A DNA stretch of 64,000 nucleotides, from NCBI GenBank assembly GCA_049651165.1, contig JBASBO010000216.1, positions 192 through 64,191 on the forward strand. The letters are read 5' to 3'. Below, one piece after another: positions 31,037 to 39,901 of this stretch. The stretch's first letter is position 1, and the number at the start of each line of letters is the position of its first letter. This DNA is from Xanthobacteraceae bacterium. Its GTDB lineage: Bacteria > Pseudomonadota > Alphaproteobacteria > Rhizobiales > Xanthobacteraceae. Under the pieces are notes generated by a model that had not been told where the DNA came from, did no database searches, and saw nothing but the letters and a program-made list of their open reading frames with translations. The position numbers were made by a program, and so were the translations under genes.

Positions 31037-31087
31037 CTTCCGACGCTTGTATTCCTTTGTAGCGCACGTTTTTACAAGCGTCGGAAG
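31037..31087 (-). promoter_or_regulatory. 15-bp perfect palindromic hairpin/operator candidate upstream of the ACAD gene
   Basis: 'cttccgacgcttgta' (31037-31051) and 'tacaagcgtcggaag' (31073-31087), 36 nt upstream of the 31001 start codon. Confidence 0.3.
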
Positions 31088-31126
31088 CAAAGGGACACTA
31101 GCAGCTTAATATTACTCGTGTGACTT

Positions 31127-31182
31127 TGGATTTGACGTTCGTTAAGAGGCCCTGCGGCGAACTGGTACGAACGTCAAATCCA
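31127..31182 (-). terminator. 16-bp perfect stem-loop immediately after the upstream ACAD stop (terminator or mRNA-stabilising hairpin)
   Basis: 'tggatttgacgttcgt' (31127-31142) pairs with 'acgaacgtcaaatcca' (31167-31182). It abuts the stop codon at 31183-31185. No clear U-tract follows. Confidence 0.4.
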
Positions 31183-32385
31183 TCACAAGAGCACCGTGCG
31201 GGCGATCAGATCGCGCTGCACTTCGTTGGTGCCGGCGTAGATCGAGGTAGCGCGGGTGTTGAGGTAATAAGGCATGGCGATCAGATCGAAATTGTCGCCG
31301 AGCGGCGAGACGTTCGATCCGACGTTCAACGCTTCCAGTTGCAGCGGAACGGTTTCGATGCCCGAAACCCGCGTCATCATGATCGACACCCGCTGCGACA
31401 ACTCCGAGTTCATCGTCTTGTTCATCGACGGATAAGCCGCGTCTTGCACCATCGGATGGCCGCTGATCGCGAGTTGCTCGAAATGACGGTAGGACAGCAC
31501 GTCCGCCTCAAGTTCGCCGAGATCGCGCTGGAACGCCGGGTCGTCCGCCAGCGTGCCGCCGAACGGCGACCGCGTCGTCTTCGCCGCGTCGCGGATCCGC
31601 GCGATACTGCGCAGCAGCGCCGGGCTCGCGGCCGAGCCGCCGCGCTCATGTTTCAGGAGATGCTTCGCCACCGACCAGCCGTCGTTCTCCGCGCCGACGC
31701 GGCCGGACTTCGGCACCCGCACGTTGTCGAAGAATACCTCGCACTGTTCGGGAATGCCGTCGAGGCCGATGATCGGGCGAATGTCCATGCCGGGATAATC
31801 GGTGCGCTCCAGCAGCAGGAAGGTGATGCCCTCCTGCTTCTTGCCGGTCTTGCTGGTGCGCACCAGCATGAACATACGGTTGGCGCGGTGGGCCAGCGTG
31901 GTCCAGATCTTGGAGCCGTTGATGATGTAGTCGTCGCCGTCGGACACCGCCGCGCACTGGAGCGAAGCGAGGTCGGAGCCGGCGTTCGGCTCGGAATAGC
32001 CTTGCGTCCAGTAGGCTTCGCCGGAGAGGATCTGCGGCAGGTGCTTGCGTTTCTGCTCCTCGGTGCCGAGTTCGATCAGCATCGGGCCGACCATCAGCAG
32101 GCCGTTCGGCAGCAGCGGCGGCAGTTCGCGCTTGCGGCACTCCTCCGCGAAAATGTAGCGCTGCTCCACCGACCAGCCGGTGCCGCCGTATTCCTTCGGC
32201 CATGCCGGCGCGGCCCATCCCTTCGCGTGCAGGATATTTTGCCAGGCGACCGCCTGATCGAAGGGCGCGAACACGCTGGTGGTCTTTCTGCCGGCTTCGC
32301 GGATGTCCGGCGTCGGCGCGGTGTCGAGAAACGCCGCCACCTCCTGACGGAAGCTCTCCAGTTCCGGTCCAAACTCGATGTTCAT
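31183..32385 (-). CDS. acyl-CoA dehydrogenase family protein
   Basis: 400 aa. MNIEFGPELESFRQEVAAFLD..., WTQGYSEPNAGSDLASL, YAGTNEVQRDLIAR: N-, middle- and C-terminal ACAD signatures. Confidence 0.88.
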   Translation of the reverse strand: MNIEFGPELESFRQEVAAFLDTAPTPDIREAGRKTTSVFAPFDQAVAWQNILHAKGWAAPAWPKEYGGTGWSVEQRYIFAEECRKRELPPLLPNGLLMVGPMLIELGTEEQKRKHLPQILSGEAYWTQGYSEPNAGSDLASLQCAAVSDGDDYIINGSKIWTTLAHRANRMFMLVRTSKTGKKQEGITFLLLERTDYPGMDIRPIIGLDGIPEQCEVFFDNVRVPKSGRVGAENDGWSVAKHLLKHERGGSAASPALLRSIARIRDAAKTTRSPFGGTLADDPAFQRDLGELEADVLSYRHFEQLAISGHPMVQDAAYPSMNKTMNSELSQRVSIMMTRVSGIETVPLQLEALNVGSNVSPLGDNFDLIAMPYYLNTRATSIYAGTNEVQRDLIARTVLL

Positions 32386-32501
32386 GCCCGCCCTTTCTGC
32401 CCTGCCTGATCGCGGTCATATTAGCGGGAATGTGCGGTTATGAAACCATCGTCGGTTCCGACGATAACGCTCCGCGCGTTTTTCCGATGGCGGTGCTTCT
32501 C

Positions 32502-33830
32502 TTACCCCAGCCCATGGCGCGGCCGGGGTCGGGTCTCGGGCATCACGGCGAAGACCAGCAGCAAGCCGGCCATCGCCGCCGCCGCCAGTCCCGCGAAGGC
32601 GACGCTGTGTCCTAAATGATCACTGGCGTAGCCGGCGATGACCGGGCTCAGCGACGCGCCGATGCCGGTGGCGGTGCCGACGATCCCCTGCGCCAGATTG
32701 AAGTGCCCTGAACCGAACGTGACATCGGCGACGATCAACGGAACCATGACGCCGAAGATGCCGGCGGTGATGCCGTCCAGCACCTGAATGACCACCAGCA
32801 TCGACGGGTCGTCGATGGTCGCGAACAACATTCCGCGAACCGCGAGCGCGGCGAACGCCAGCATCAGCAGCGGACGCCGGCCCCACGCCTGCGCCTTGCG
32901 GCCGACGGTCGGCGAGATCACGGCGACGATCGCCTGCGGAACGATGATGCTGGCCGCGATCAGAAGCGGGGCCAACGTGCTGGAGCGGGCGGTGACGATT
33001 CCGGCCATCAATGGCAGCATCGCGGCGTTGGCCAGTTGCAGCAGCATCACCGCCGCCGCGAAGATGAACAACGGACGCTGCCGCAGCAGATGCAAAATGC
33101 TGGTCGCCTCGGGATCGGGCCTCGGACCGGACAGCGCGCCGTGCGCCTGCTCGGTATCGATCTCGCGGTCGCGGATCCGCGACAGCGACAGCAACGTCGC
33201 AATGGCGAAGATGAAGCTGACGACGAACACGGCGCGACTCGACAGCAGATAGCCGATGCCGCCCATGATGGCCGCGGCCGCGCCGTTGCCCAGCGAGGCA
33301 TAGCGCGCATTGCGTCCGAGCCGTTCGCCGATCGCCGCCGGCCCGACCAAGCCGAGACTGATCGCCGCGATCGCGGGGCCAAGCACGCAACTGGCCGCCG
33401 CGTGCAGCGTCGCGGCCATCGCGATCACCGGAAAGATTGGCCACGCCGCATAGGCCAGTGCCGCCATGCCGATGGTCGCCACCGCGAGGCCGGCGACGAA
33501 CCGCTCCGAACGGGCGGCATCGATGATGGCGCCGCCCGGCATCTGCCCGATCAAACCGACGATGCCGCCGATCGACAGAACGAGGCCGATCTCGCCCAGC
33601 GTCCATTTCTGCGTCGTCAGATAGACGGCGACGAACGGGCCGAAGCCGGTCTGCACGTCCGCGAGGAAGAAGATGAACCAGTCGAGGCCGCGCTGGCTCT
33701 GCGGCGAGGGCGGCGGCCGCTGCGATGCGGGCGAAGGTGAATGCGACAAGCTCACGTCGTCGGCGTCAGCCCGCTGCTCGCGCGCGCTGTGCGATTCGGA
33801 TGCTTCCCATTGGCGCATCAGCCGCTTCAT
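32502..33830 (-). CDS. MFS transporter
   Basis: About 12 predicted TM segments after a hydrophilic N-terminus (FFLADVQTGFGPFVAVYLT..., GGAIIDAARSERF resembles the MFS loop 2-3 motif). The start codon is uncertain (Met1 or Met5). Confidence 0.8.
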   Translation of the reverse strand: MKRLMRQWEASESHSAREQRADADDVSLSHSPSPASQRPPPSPQSQRGLDWFIFFLADVQTGFGPFVAVYLTTQKWTLGEIGLVLSIGGIVGLIGQMPGGAIIDAARSERFVAGLAVATIGMAALAYAAWPIFPVIAMAATLHAAASCVLGPAIAAISLGLVGPAAIGERLGRNARYASLGNGAAAAIMGGIGYLLSSRAVFVVSFIFAIATLLSLSRIRDREIDTEQAHGALSGPRPDPEATSILHLLRQRPLFIFAAAVMLLQLANAAMLPLMAGIVTARSSTLAPLLIAASIIVPQAIVAVISPTVGRKAQAWGRRPLLMLAFAALAVRGMLFATIDDPSMLVVIQVLDGITAGIFGVMVPLIVADVTFGSGHFNLAQGIVGTATGIGASLSPVIAGYASDHLGHSVAFAGLAAAAMAGLLLVFAVMPETRPRPRHGLG

Positions 33831-33844
33831 GAGCCGTCACGACA

Positions 33845-34348
33845 TCAAAACCGGAACGGCGTCAGGCGTCCCGCCGCGCCCAGCACGACAACGGGTGCGC
33901 CTTCCTTGTATTCCGGCGCGGCCTTGACCTGAGCTTGCGTCAGTTCCAGCGTGATGGTGCTGTCCTTGCCCTGTATCGCATCGAAATGCAGCGCCTGCCA
34001 ATCGACGACGATCTTGCGGCTGCCGACGCCGAGAAAGCCGCCGAAGTCGATCACCGCGGCGCGCACCATCCCGATCCGATCGACGATCACGTCGACGACC
34101 CGGCCCATGTTTTCGCCGCTGGTGCTCTTGACCTCGCGGCCGAGCACGCCGTGCGCGTCGGCGGGCCCTATCACGGTGATCGACGCTGGCGGCGGCTCGT
34201 TCTTCTCCTTGTCCGTGTTCGGGGGATTCGCCGGCGCCGTCTTGTCGGGCGTTGCTTTCGAACCCGCGTCGTCGGCCGCTGTAGGTGGGGCGGCGGCAAG
34301 CAGCGCCGCAATCAGGATGGCCATCGTCAGGCAGGTTCGTCGCAACAT
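33845..34348 (-). CDS. PRC-barrel domain protein, secreted
   Basis: Start MLRRTCLTMAILIAALLAAAPPTAA (cat 34346-34348, AAAGGAGG upstream). Signal peptide, a Pro/Lys-rich linker, then GREVKSTSGENMGRVVDVIVDRIGMVRAAVIDFGGFLGVGSRKIVV, a PRC-barrel motif. Confidence 0.72.
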   Translation of the reverse strand: MLRRTCLTMAILIAALLAAAPPTAADDAGSKATPDKTAPANPPNTDKEKNEPPPASITVIGPADAHGVLGREVKSTSGENMGRVVDVIVDRIGMVRAAVIDFGGFLGVGSRKIVVDWQALHFDAIQGKDSTITLELTQAQVKAAPEYKEGAPVVVLGAAGRLTPFRF

Positions 34349-34424
34349 GCGTCCTCCTTTAGGCACGGGCGTCGACGACCCGATAAGCCGGCGCATCGGC
34401 GTCCGGTTCCGACTGGCGGCGATG

Positions 34425-36626
34425 TCAATGCGACAGCACCATCGACACCTGAATGCGGCCGCGGGATCGAATGACTTCGAGCGAGACGTCGTCGCCATGA
34501 CGGCGCAGGCGGAGATCGACGCTGGTTTCGCCGAGCGAAAGATTGCGCAGGATCACCTCATTGAGAAATGCCGGCAGGTGCGGGTTGAGAAACCGGATCT
34601 CGTGCGCGTCGGCGTCGAACTCCAGCCCCAGTGTTGCCTCGATCAGCGAGAACGGCGCCGCGCTCGCCCACGCCTGCGGCGAGCAGGCGACCGGATACAG
34701 CGTCGGCCCGCGCCGCCGCTCGCGGCGGAACCCGCAGAACAGTTCGGGCAGCCGCCGCAAGTCCATGTAGCTCGCCGCGTCGAACAATCCCTTGAACACG
34801 GCTTCGACCGAATGCTTCAGGCCGTAGCGCCCAAGGCCCAGCGCGATCAGGGCGTTGTCGTGCGGCCAGATCGATCCGTCGTGATAGGACATCGGGTTGT
34901 AGCGCGCTTCGCCGAGCGCGACCGTCCGGATCCCCCAGCCGCTGAAGAACTGCGGCCGCATCAGATCGGCGGCGACCATCCGCGCCCGGTCCTCGCGCAC
35001 GATGCCGGTGAACAGAAGCTGGCCGGCGTTCGAGGTGCGCACCTTGCAGGGCCGCTTGGCGCCGTCCAGCGCCAGCGCGTAGGTTCCGAGATCGGAACAC
35101 CAGAACGCGTCCTCGAACCGCGCCGCCAGCCGCCGCGCCTCGTCCTCAAGCGCCTGCGCCCGCTCCGGCATTCCAAGCCGCCGCGCGCAACAGGCGGCGA
35201 GGCGCTTGCCGGCGAAGACGTATCCCTGAACTTCCGCGAGCGCGATATCGCCCTCGGCGAGCCGGCCATCGGCATGAAAGACGGCGTCGAAAGAATCCTT
35301 CCAGCCCTGATTGATCAGTCCCTGTTCGGACGCCCGCTGATATTCGACAAAGCCGTCGCCGTCGCGATCGCCGGGTCCGTCGATCCAGCCCAGCGCCGCC
35401 TCCATGGCCGGCCACAACTCGGCAAGGGTGGCGACATCGCCGGTGCGCTCGACATAGAGGCCGGCCAGCAGCACGAACAGCGGCGTGGAATCGACGCTGC
35501 CGTAGTAACAGGCGAACGGCACCTCGCGCAGCGCCGCCATTTCGCCGCCGCGCATTTCGTGCAGGATTTTTCCGGGCTCGGCGTCGGCCAGCGGATCGGT
35601 CGTCTTTGCCTGAAACCGCGCCAGCCGCCGCAGCACGCCGCGCGCGACGCGCGGATCGACCCACAGCATCTCAAGCGCGGTAATCAGTCCGTCGCGGCCG
35701 AACGTGGTCGAGTACCACGGAATCCCGGCATAGGGATAACGGCCCTCCGGTGTCGCGGTCATCAGCATGTTGAGATCGGCCATCGACCGGCACAACACCT
35801 CGTTGAGGATGTCGTTTGAGGTTTCGACGCTGACCGCGCCCGCTGCCTGTTTCCGCATCTCGCGGCGATGCGCGAGAAGCCCGCGAAAGAACGGAACGAT
35901 CTTGCGTTTCGCGGGCGGATTGCAGGAGATCGCGACGAACAGCGACGTCACCTGCTGCGGCGCCAGTTCGAGGTGATAGGTAGCGCGATTGACCGCGATC
36001 CGCGTCGGCGGCGGATCGAAATGCAGTTCCGTGGTGCGGACGACGCCGTCTAGTCCGGTATAGCTCAGGCCGACATCGGCCGGCCCCGGCAGTTCGGCGG
36101 AGCCGAGCCCGCGGCGGGGCCGCCTCTCGCCGCGCACCTCGAACAGGTCGGCGAAATCGTTGTCGAACAGGAACGTCAGATCGAAGCGCGCGGTGCGCTC
36201 GCCGTGGTTCTGCGCGCCGATCCGCTGATAGGCGATTCCGCGCCACAGGAAGATCGTGCGCACGATATGAACCATGTCCTTGTGGAGGACGATGCGCTCG
36301 CCGCTGTAGATGTCGGGATTGGTGAGATCGACAGTCAGCCCCGAATTGTCGTCGCGCAGGTTGGAGCCGAGCAATAGCGGCGGAACGTCGTTCAGCCGCA
36401 GTTCAAACCGGGCAAGGTGCCGCGTATCGAGATTGAAAAGGCCGTCGGAGCCGCCGGCGGACACGCCGATATCGCCGTGGCTGTCGAGGACAACGAAGGT
36501 ATCGTCGTGTTTCAGGGTTCGCCGCGGCCGCACCGGCGATCCGGTCATCGGAATATAGAACGGCGATTCCGCGAGACTGGCGTCGCTCTGTGTGTCTTCG
36601 ATCCGTGGTGCGGCTTTGGTTGCCAT
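34425..36626 (-). CDS. amylo-alpha-1,6-glucosidase / glycogen-debranching-enzyme-like protein (GDE_N_bis + GDE_C)
   Basis: Start MATKAAPRIEDTQ (cat 36624-36626, GGAGG upstream). GIPWYSTTFGRDGLITALEMLW, KILHEMRGGEMA and SYHDGSIWPHDNALIALGL are hallmarks of the (alpha/alpha)6 GDE_C family. Confidence 0.85.
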   Translation of the reverse strand: MATKAAPRIEDTQSDASLAESPFYIPMTGSPVRPRRTLKHDDTFVVLDSHGDIGVSAGGSDGLFNLDTRHLARFELRLNDVPPLLLGSNLRDDNSGLTVDLTNPDIYSGERIVLHKDMVHIVRTIFLWRGIAYQRIGAQNHGERTARFDLTFLFDNDFADLFEVRGERRPRRGLGSAELPGPADVGLSYTGLDGVVRTTELHFDPPPTRIAVNRATYHLELAPQQVTSLFVAISCNPPAKRKIVPFFRGLLAHRREMRKQAAGAVSVETSNDILNEVLCRSMADLNMLMTATPEGRYPYAGIPWYSTTFGRDGLITALEMLWVDPRVARGVLRRLARFQAKTTDPLADAEPGKILHEMRGGEMAALREVPFACYYGSVDSTPLFVLLAGLYVERTGDVATLAELWPAMEAALGWIDGPGDRDGDGFVEYQRASEQGLINQGWKDSFDAVFHADGRLAEGDIALAEVQGYVFAGKRLAACCARRLGMPERAQALEDEARRLAARFEDAFWCSDLGTYALALDGAKRPCKVRTSNAGQLLFTGIVREDRARMVAADLMRPQFFSGWGIRTVALGEARYNPMSYHDGSIWPHDNALIALGLGRYGLKHSVEAVFKGLFDAASYMDLRRLPELFCGFRRERRRGPTLYPVACSPQAWASAAPFSLIEATLGLEFDADAHEIRFLNPHLPAFLNEVILRNLSLGETSVDLRLRRHGDDVSLEVIRSRGRIQVSMVLSH

Positions 36627-36699
36627 ATCCGAACCTCCGCGAGGTGATTGTCCTCCTACGCCCGACTCGGCCGCAGCCGAGGTTAGCACAGTCTGCGAT

Positions 36700-38547
36700 T
36701 TACGCGGCGTGAACCGCGAGGCGGCGCATTTCCTGCGTGACGAGCTGGCGATAGTGACCCTGAGTGCGCATCAGCCAGTCGGGAGAGCCGTCCTCGATCA
36801 CCTTGCCGTCCCGCAGAACGACAACGCGATCGAAGTTACGTAGCGTGGCCAGGCGGTGCGCAATCGCGATCACGGTACGGCCCCGCATCAGCCGGCCGAG
36901 CGCTTCGCGAATCGCTTCCTCCGATTCGCTGTCGAGCGCGGCGGTGGCCTCGTCGAGCAGCAGGATCGGCGCATCCTTGAGGAACGCCCGCGCGATCGCG
37001 ATGCGTTGGCGCTGACCGCCGGAGAGCTTGACGCCCCGGTCGCCGACCAGAGTGGCGAGGCCGTCCGGAAAGGATTCGATGAAATCGCAGCGCGCCGCGA
37101 TCGCCGCGCTCAACACCTCCTCATCGGTCGCGTTCGGTCGGCCGTAGCGGATGTTGTCGATGATCGAGCGGTGGAACAGCGAGATGTCCTGCGGCACCAC
37201 CGAGATCGCGGCGCGCAGGCTTTGCTGCGTGACATGGGCGATATTCTGTCCGTCGATGGTGATGCTGCCGTCATCCACATCGTAGAACCGCTGCAACAGC
37301 GCGAACAGGCTGGTCTTGCCGCCGCCGGACGGACCGACCAGGCCGACCCGCTGGCCCGGCCGCAATCGCAGATTGAAATTCTCGAACACCTTCAGGCCGT
37401 CGGGATAGCTGAAGGAAATGTCCTTGAAGGAGATCGCGACGCCGTTTTTCACCAGAGGTTCGGCTTCGGGATGATCCCGAAGGCCGTGCGGAACCAGAAG
37501 CGTCGCGATGGCCTCCGACATCCGCGCCACATGCTGGGTGACATCGACCAGGGCGACGGCGAGATCCCGCGTCGCGTGCAGGATCGACAGGCCCAGTGTG
37601 CAGACCAGCACCACGTCGCCGGTGGTGGCGGTTCCGCGCTGCCAGAGCGCGATCACCCAGGCCAGCAGCACGATAGTCAGCAGCACGGTGACGGCGGCGT
37701 GGGCAAGGCGCAGCTTCTCAAGATAGCGCAGGCTTCGGCCTCGTGCCGTCATTTCACGATCGACGATCGTGTCGAACCGGTCGTGTTCGTGGCGCACGCC
37801 ACAGAATGCACGCACAAGCGCCATATTGTTGATGACGTCGACCATCTCGCCATCGACGGTGGCGGCCTTGTTGGCGAAGTCGTCATGCAGCGGCTTGCCG
37901 GCCGCCGCCATCCTGAACATCGCCACCACCACCGCGCCGGCGACGACGCTGAGCCCCGCCGCCATCGTCATGCTCACGGTTCCGATCAGCATGATCGCGG
38001 CGACGGTTGCGATGCACGGCGGCAGCACGTTCCAGACAAACATGTTCTCGACCGTGAACACCGCGTTGGAGGTGGCGGTAATGCGGCTACTCAGCATTCC
38101 CGGCAGCCGGCCGGCGAAATAGCTCGGGGCGTGACACGTCAGGTGCCGAAAGAGATCGGAACGGAGGTCGCCCGTTACGCCCACAAAGGTGAAACTCGCC
38201 GTCCAACTCGCGATCCGCCACAGAAAGTTATCAGCGCAAATCAGCAGCATGAGAAAGACGAATGCCAGCCATACGCCATTGCCGTGAGTCGGGCCGGCGG
38301 CCAGGGCATCAACCAGCGCTTTTACGCCGTATTGCGTTCCCACCGAGCAGATGACCGCCGCGACGACCGCGCCGAGGATCAGGCCGTGCGCAGCGGTACG
38401 CAGGCGCAGGTAGTGCATGACGAATGGAAAGGGGCGATGCGCGTAAACCGAAAGATCTTCCATGGAACGATAGATCCTCATGCCGAAAGGAGAGCCTGCG
38501 GGAACCGCATCACGATTCGTCGATCCGGAATCACTTGAAGGCTCCAT
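36700..38547 (-). CDS. ABC exporter, fused permease/ATPase (MsbA/NdvA-like type)
   Basis: 6-TM domain followed by GLVGPSGGGKTS (Walker A), [15 protein letters not shown] and ILLLDEATAALD. The start is ambiguous: Met at 38547, 38481 or 38463. The ORF-track start at 38760 is unlikely. Confidence 0.85.
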   Translation of the reverse strand: MEPSSDSGSTNRDAVPAGSPFGMRIYRSMEDLSVYAHRPFPFVMHYLRLRTAAHGLILGAVVAAVICSVGTQYGVKALVDALAAGPTHGNGVWLAFVFLMLLICADNFLWRIASWTASFTFVGVTGDLRSDLFRHLTCHAPSYFAGRLPGMLSSRITATSNAVFTVENMFVWNVLPPCIATVAAIMLIGTVSMTMAAGLSVVAGAVVVAMFRMAAAGKPLHDDFANKAATVDGEMVDVINNMALVRAFCGVRHEHDRFDTIVDREMTARGRSLRYLEKLRLAHAAVTVLLTIVLLAWVIALWQRGTATTGDVVLVCTLGLSILHATRDLAVALVDVTQHVARMSEAIATLLVPHGLRDHPEAEPLVKNGVAISFKDISFSYPDGLKVFENFNLRLRPGQRVGLVGPSGGGKTSLFALLQRFYDVDDGSITIDGQNIAHVTQQSLRAAISVVPQDISLFHRSIIDNIRYGRPNATDEEVLSAAIAARCDFIESFPDGLATLVGDRGVKLSGGQRQRIAIARAFLKDAPILLLDEATAALDSESEEAIREALGRLMRGRTVIAIAHRLATLRNFDRVVVLRDGKVIEDGSPDWLMRTQGHYRQLVTQEMRRLAVHAA

Positions 38548-38780
38548 ACAATTGCCGCCGCCTCGCGGTAAGCCTGCAACATGGGTTTCGGAACCAGCGC
38601 AAAGAAACAGGCGGGAACGGAAGTTGTGATCGCCACTCATGGCATCAACAAGACGGTCCGTGGAAAGACCTGGTTGTTTGTCTGGGAACCTCTCGCCAGC
38701 AAGAACGTTCCCGCGTGGGCGGTTTGGCGCCGCAAGGCTGCGTGAGGAACGCAAACTCAAAAATCAGCAGGAGGCTCTAG

Positions 38781-39848
38781 ATGCGCATCGCGCAGGTTGC
38801 TCCGTTAACGGAGGCTGTTCCCCCGAAGTTGTATGGCGGCACCGAACGGGTGGTACATTGGTTGACGGAGGAACTTGTCGCACTCGGACACGACGTCACG
38901 CTGTTCGCGAGCGGGGACTCGCATACTTCGGGCCGGCTTGATGCAAGCTGGCCGAAGGCGCTACGGCTGGACGGGTCCGTTCGCGATCCGAATGCGCTTC
39001 ACATGATGATGTTGGAGCGCGTCCGCCGCAAATGCGATCATGACGAGTTCGATTTTCTGCATTTTCATCTCGATTACTATCCTTTCTCGCTGTTCTCCCG
39101 GCAGCCTGTTCCCTTTCTGACGACGCTTCACGGACGGCTCGATCTTCCCGAACACCAGCCGGTGTTTGAAACCTTCTCGTCGATCCCGGTGGTTTCCATT
39201 TCGGACTCTCAGCAACGCCCAGTGCCGCACGCACGATGGCTCCGTACGATCTACCATGGTCTCCCTGAACATCTTTTGAGTCCGCAACCGATCAAGCCGC
39301 ATTACCTCGCGGTGCTCGGCCGCATCGCGCCCGAGAAGGGCGTGGATCGGGCGATCAACATTGCCATCCGGTGCGGCATTCCACTCAAGATCGCCGCGAA
39401 GGTCGATCGCGCGGACGAGGATTATTATAACGAACGCATTCGTCCGATGATGGATCACCCCTTGGTGGAGTACATCGGCGAGATCGGCGATTGCGAGAAG
39501 TCGGAATTTCTCAGCGGCGCGATCGGGCTTCTGGTGCCGATCGATTGGCCCGAGCCGTTCGGTCTGGTCATGATCGAGGCGATGGCGTGCGGGACGCCGG
39601 TGGTCGCATTCAATCGCGGGTCGGTCCCCGAGGTGGTGGAAGACGGCAAGACCGGTTTCGTCGTCGAGGACGAGACCAGCGCGGTCGCGATTGTCGATCG
39701 GCTTGAAACGCTCGATCGCGTCGCGATCCGCGGGGAGTTCGAGGCGCGCTTCACCGCACGCCGGATGGCGCTCAACTATCTCGAAACCTATCGGGAGCTG
39801 ACGAACACCCTCTCGCCCCGCATCAAGCTCGTCAGCAGCATCAACTGA
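38781..39848 (+). CDS. glycosyltransferase family 4 (GT-B, group 1)
   Basis: MRIAQVAPLTEAVPPKLYGGTERVVHWLTEELVALGHDVTLFASGDS (N-terminal GT4 motif). The C-terminal EPFGLVMIEAMACGTPVVAFNRGSVPEVVEDGKTGFVV is the E-x7-E region. Confidence 0.87.
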   Translation: MRIAQVAPLTEAVPPKLYGGTERVVHWLTEELVALGHDVTLFASGDSHTSGRLDASWPKALRLDGSVRDPNALHMMMLERVRRKCDHDEFDFLHFHLDYYPFSLFSRQPVPFLTTLHGRLDLPEHQPVFETFSSIPVVSISDSQQRPVPHARWLRTIYHGLPEHLLSPQPIKPHYLAVLGRIAPEKGVDRAINIAIRCGIPLKIAAKVDRADEDYYNERIRPMMDHPLVEYIGEIGDCEKSEFLSGAIGLLVPIDWPEPFGLVMIEAMACGTPVVAFNRGSVPEVVEDGKTGFVVEDETSAVAIVDRLETLDRVAIRGEFEARFTARRMALNYLETYRELTNTLSPRIKLVSSIN

Positions 39849-39901
39849 TGGGTTAGGCGCATTTCCAAGCACGACGCGCGGCGATATTCGCCGCATCGTT
39901 A

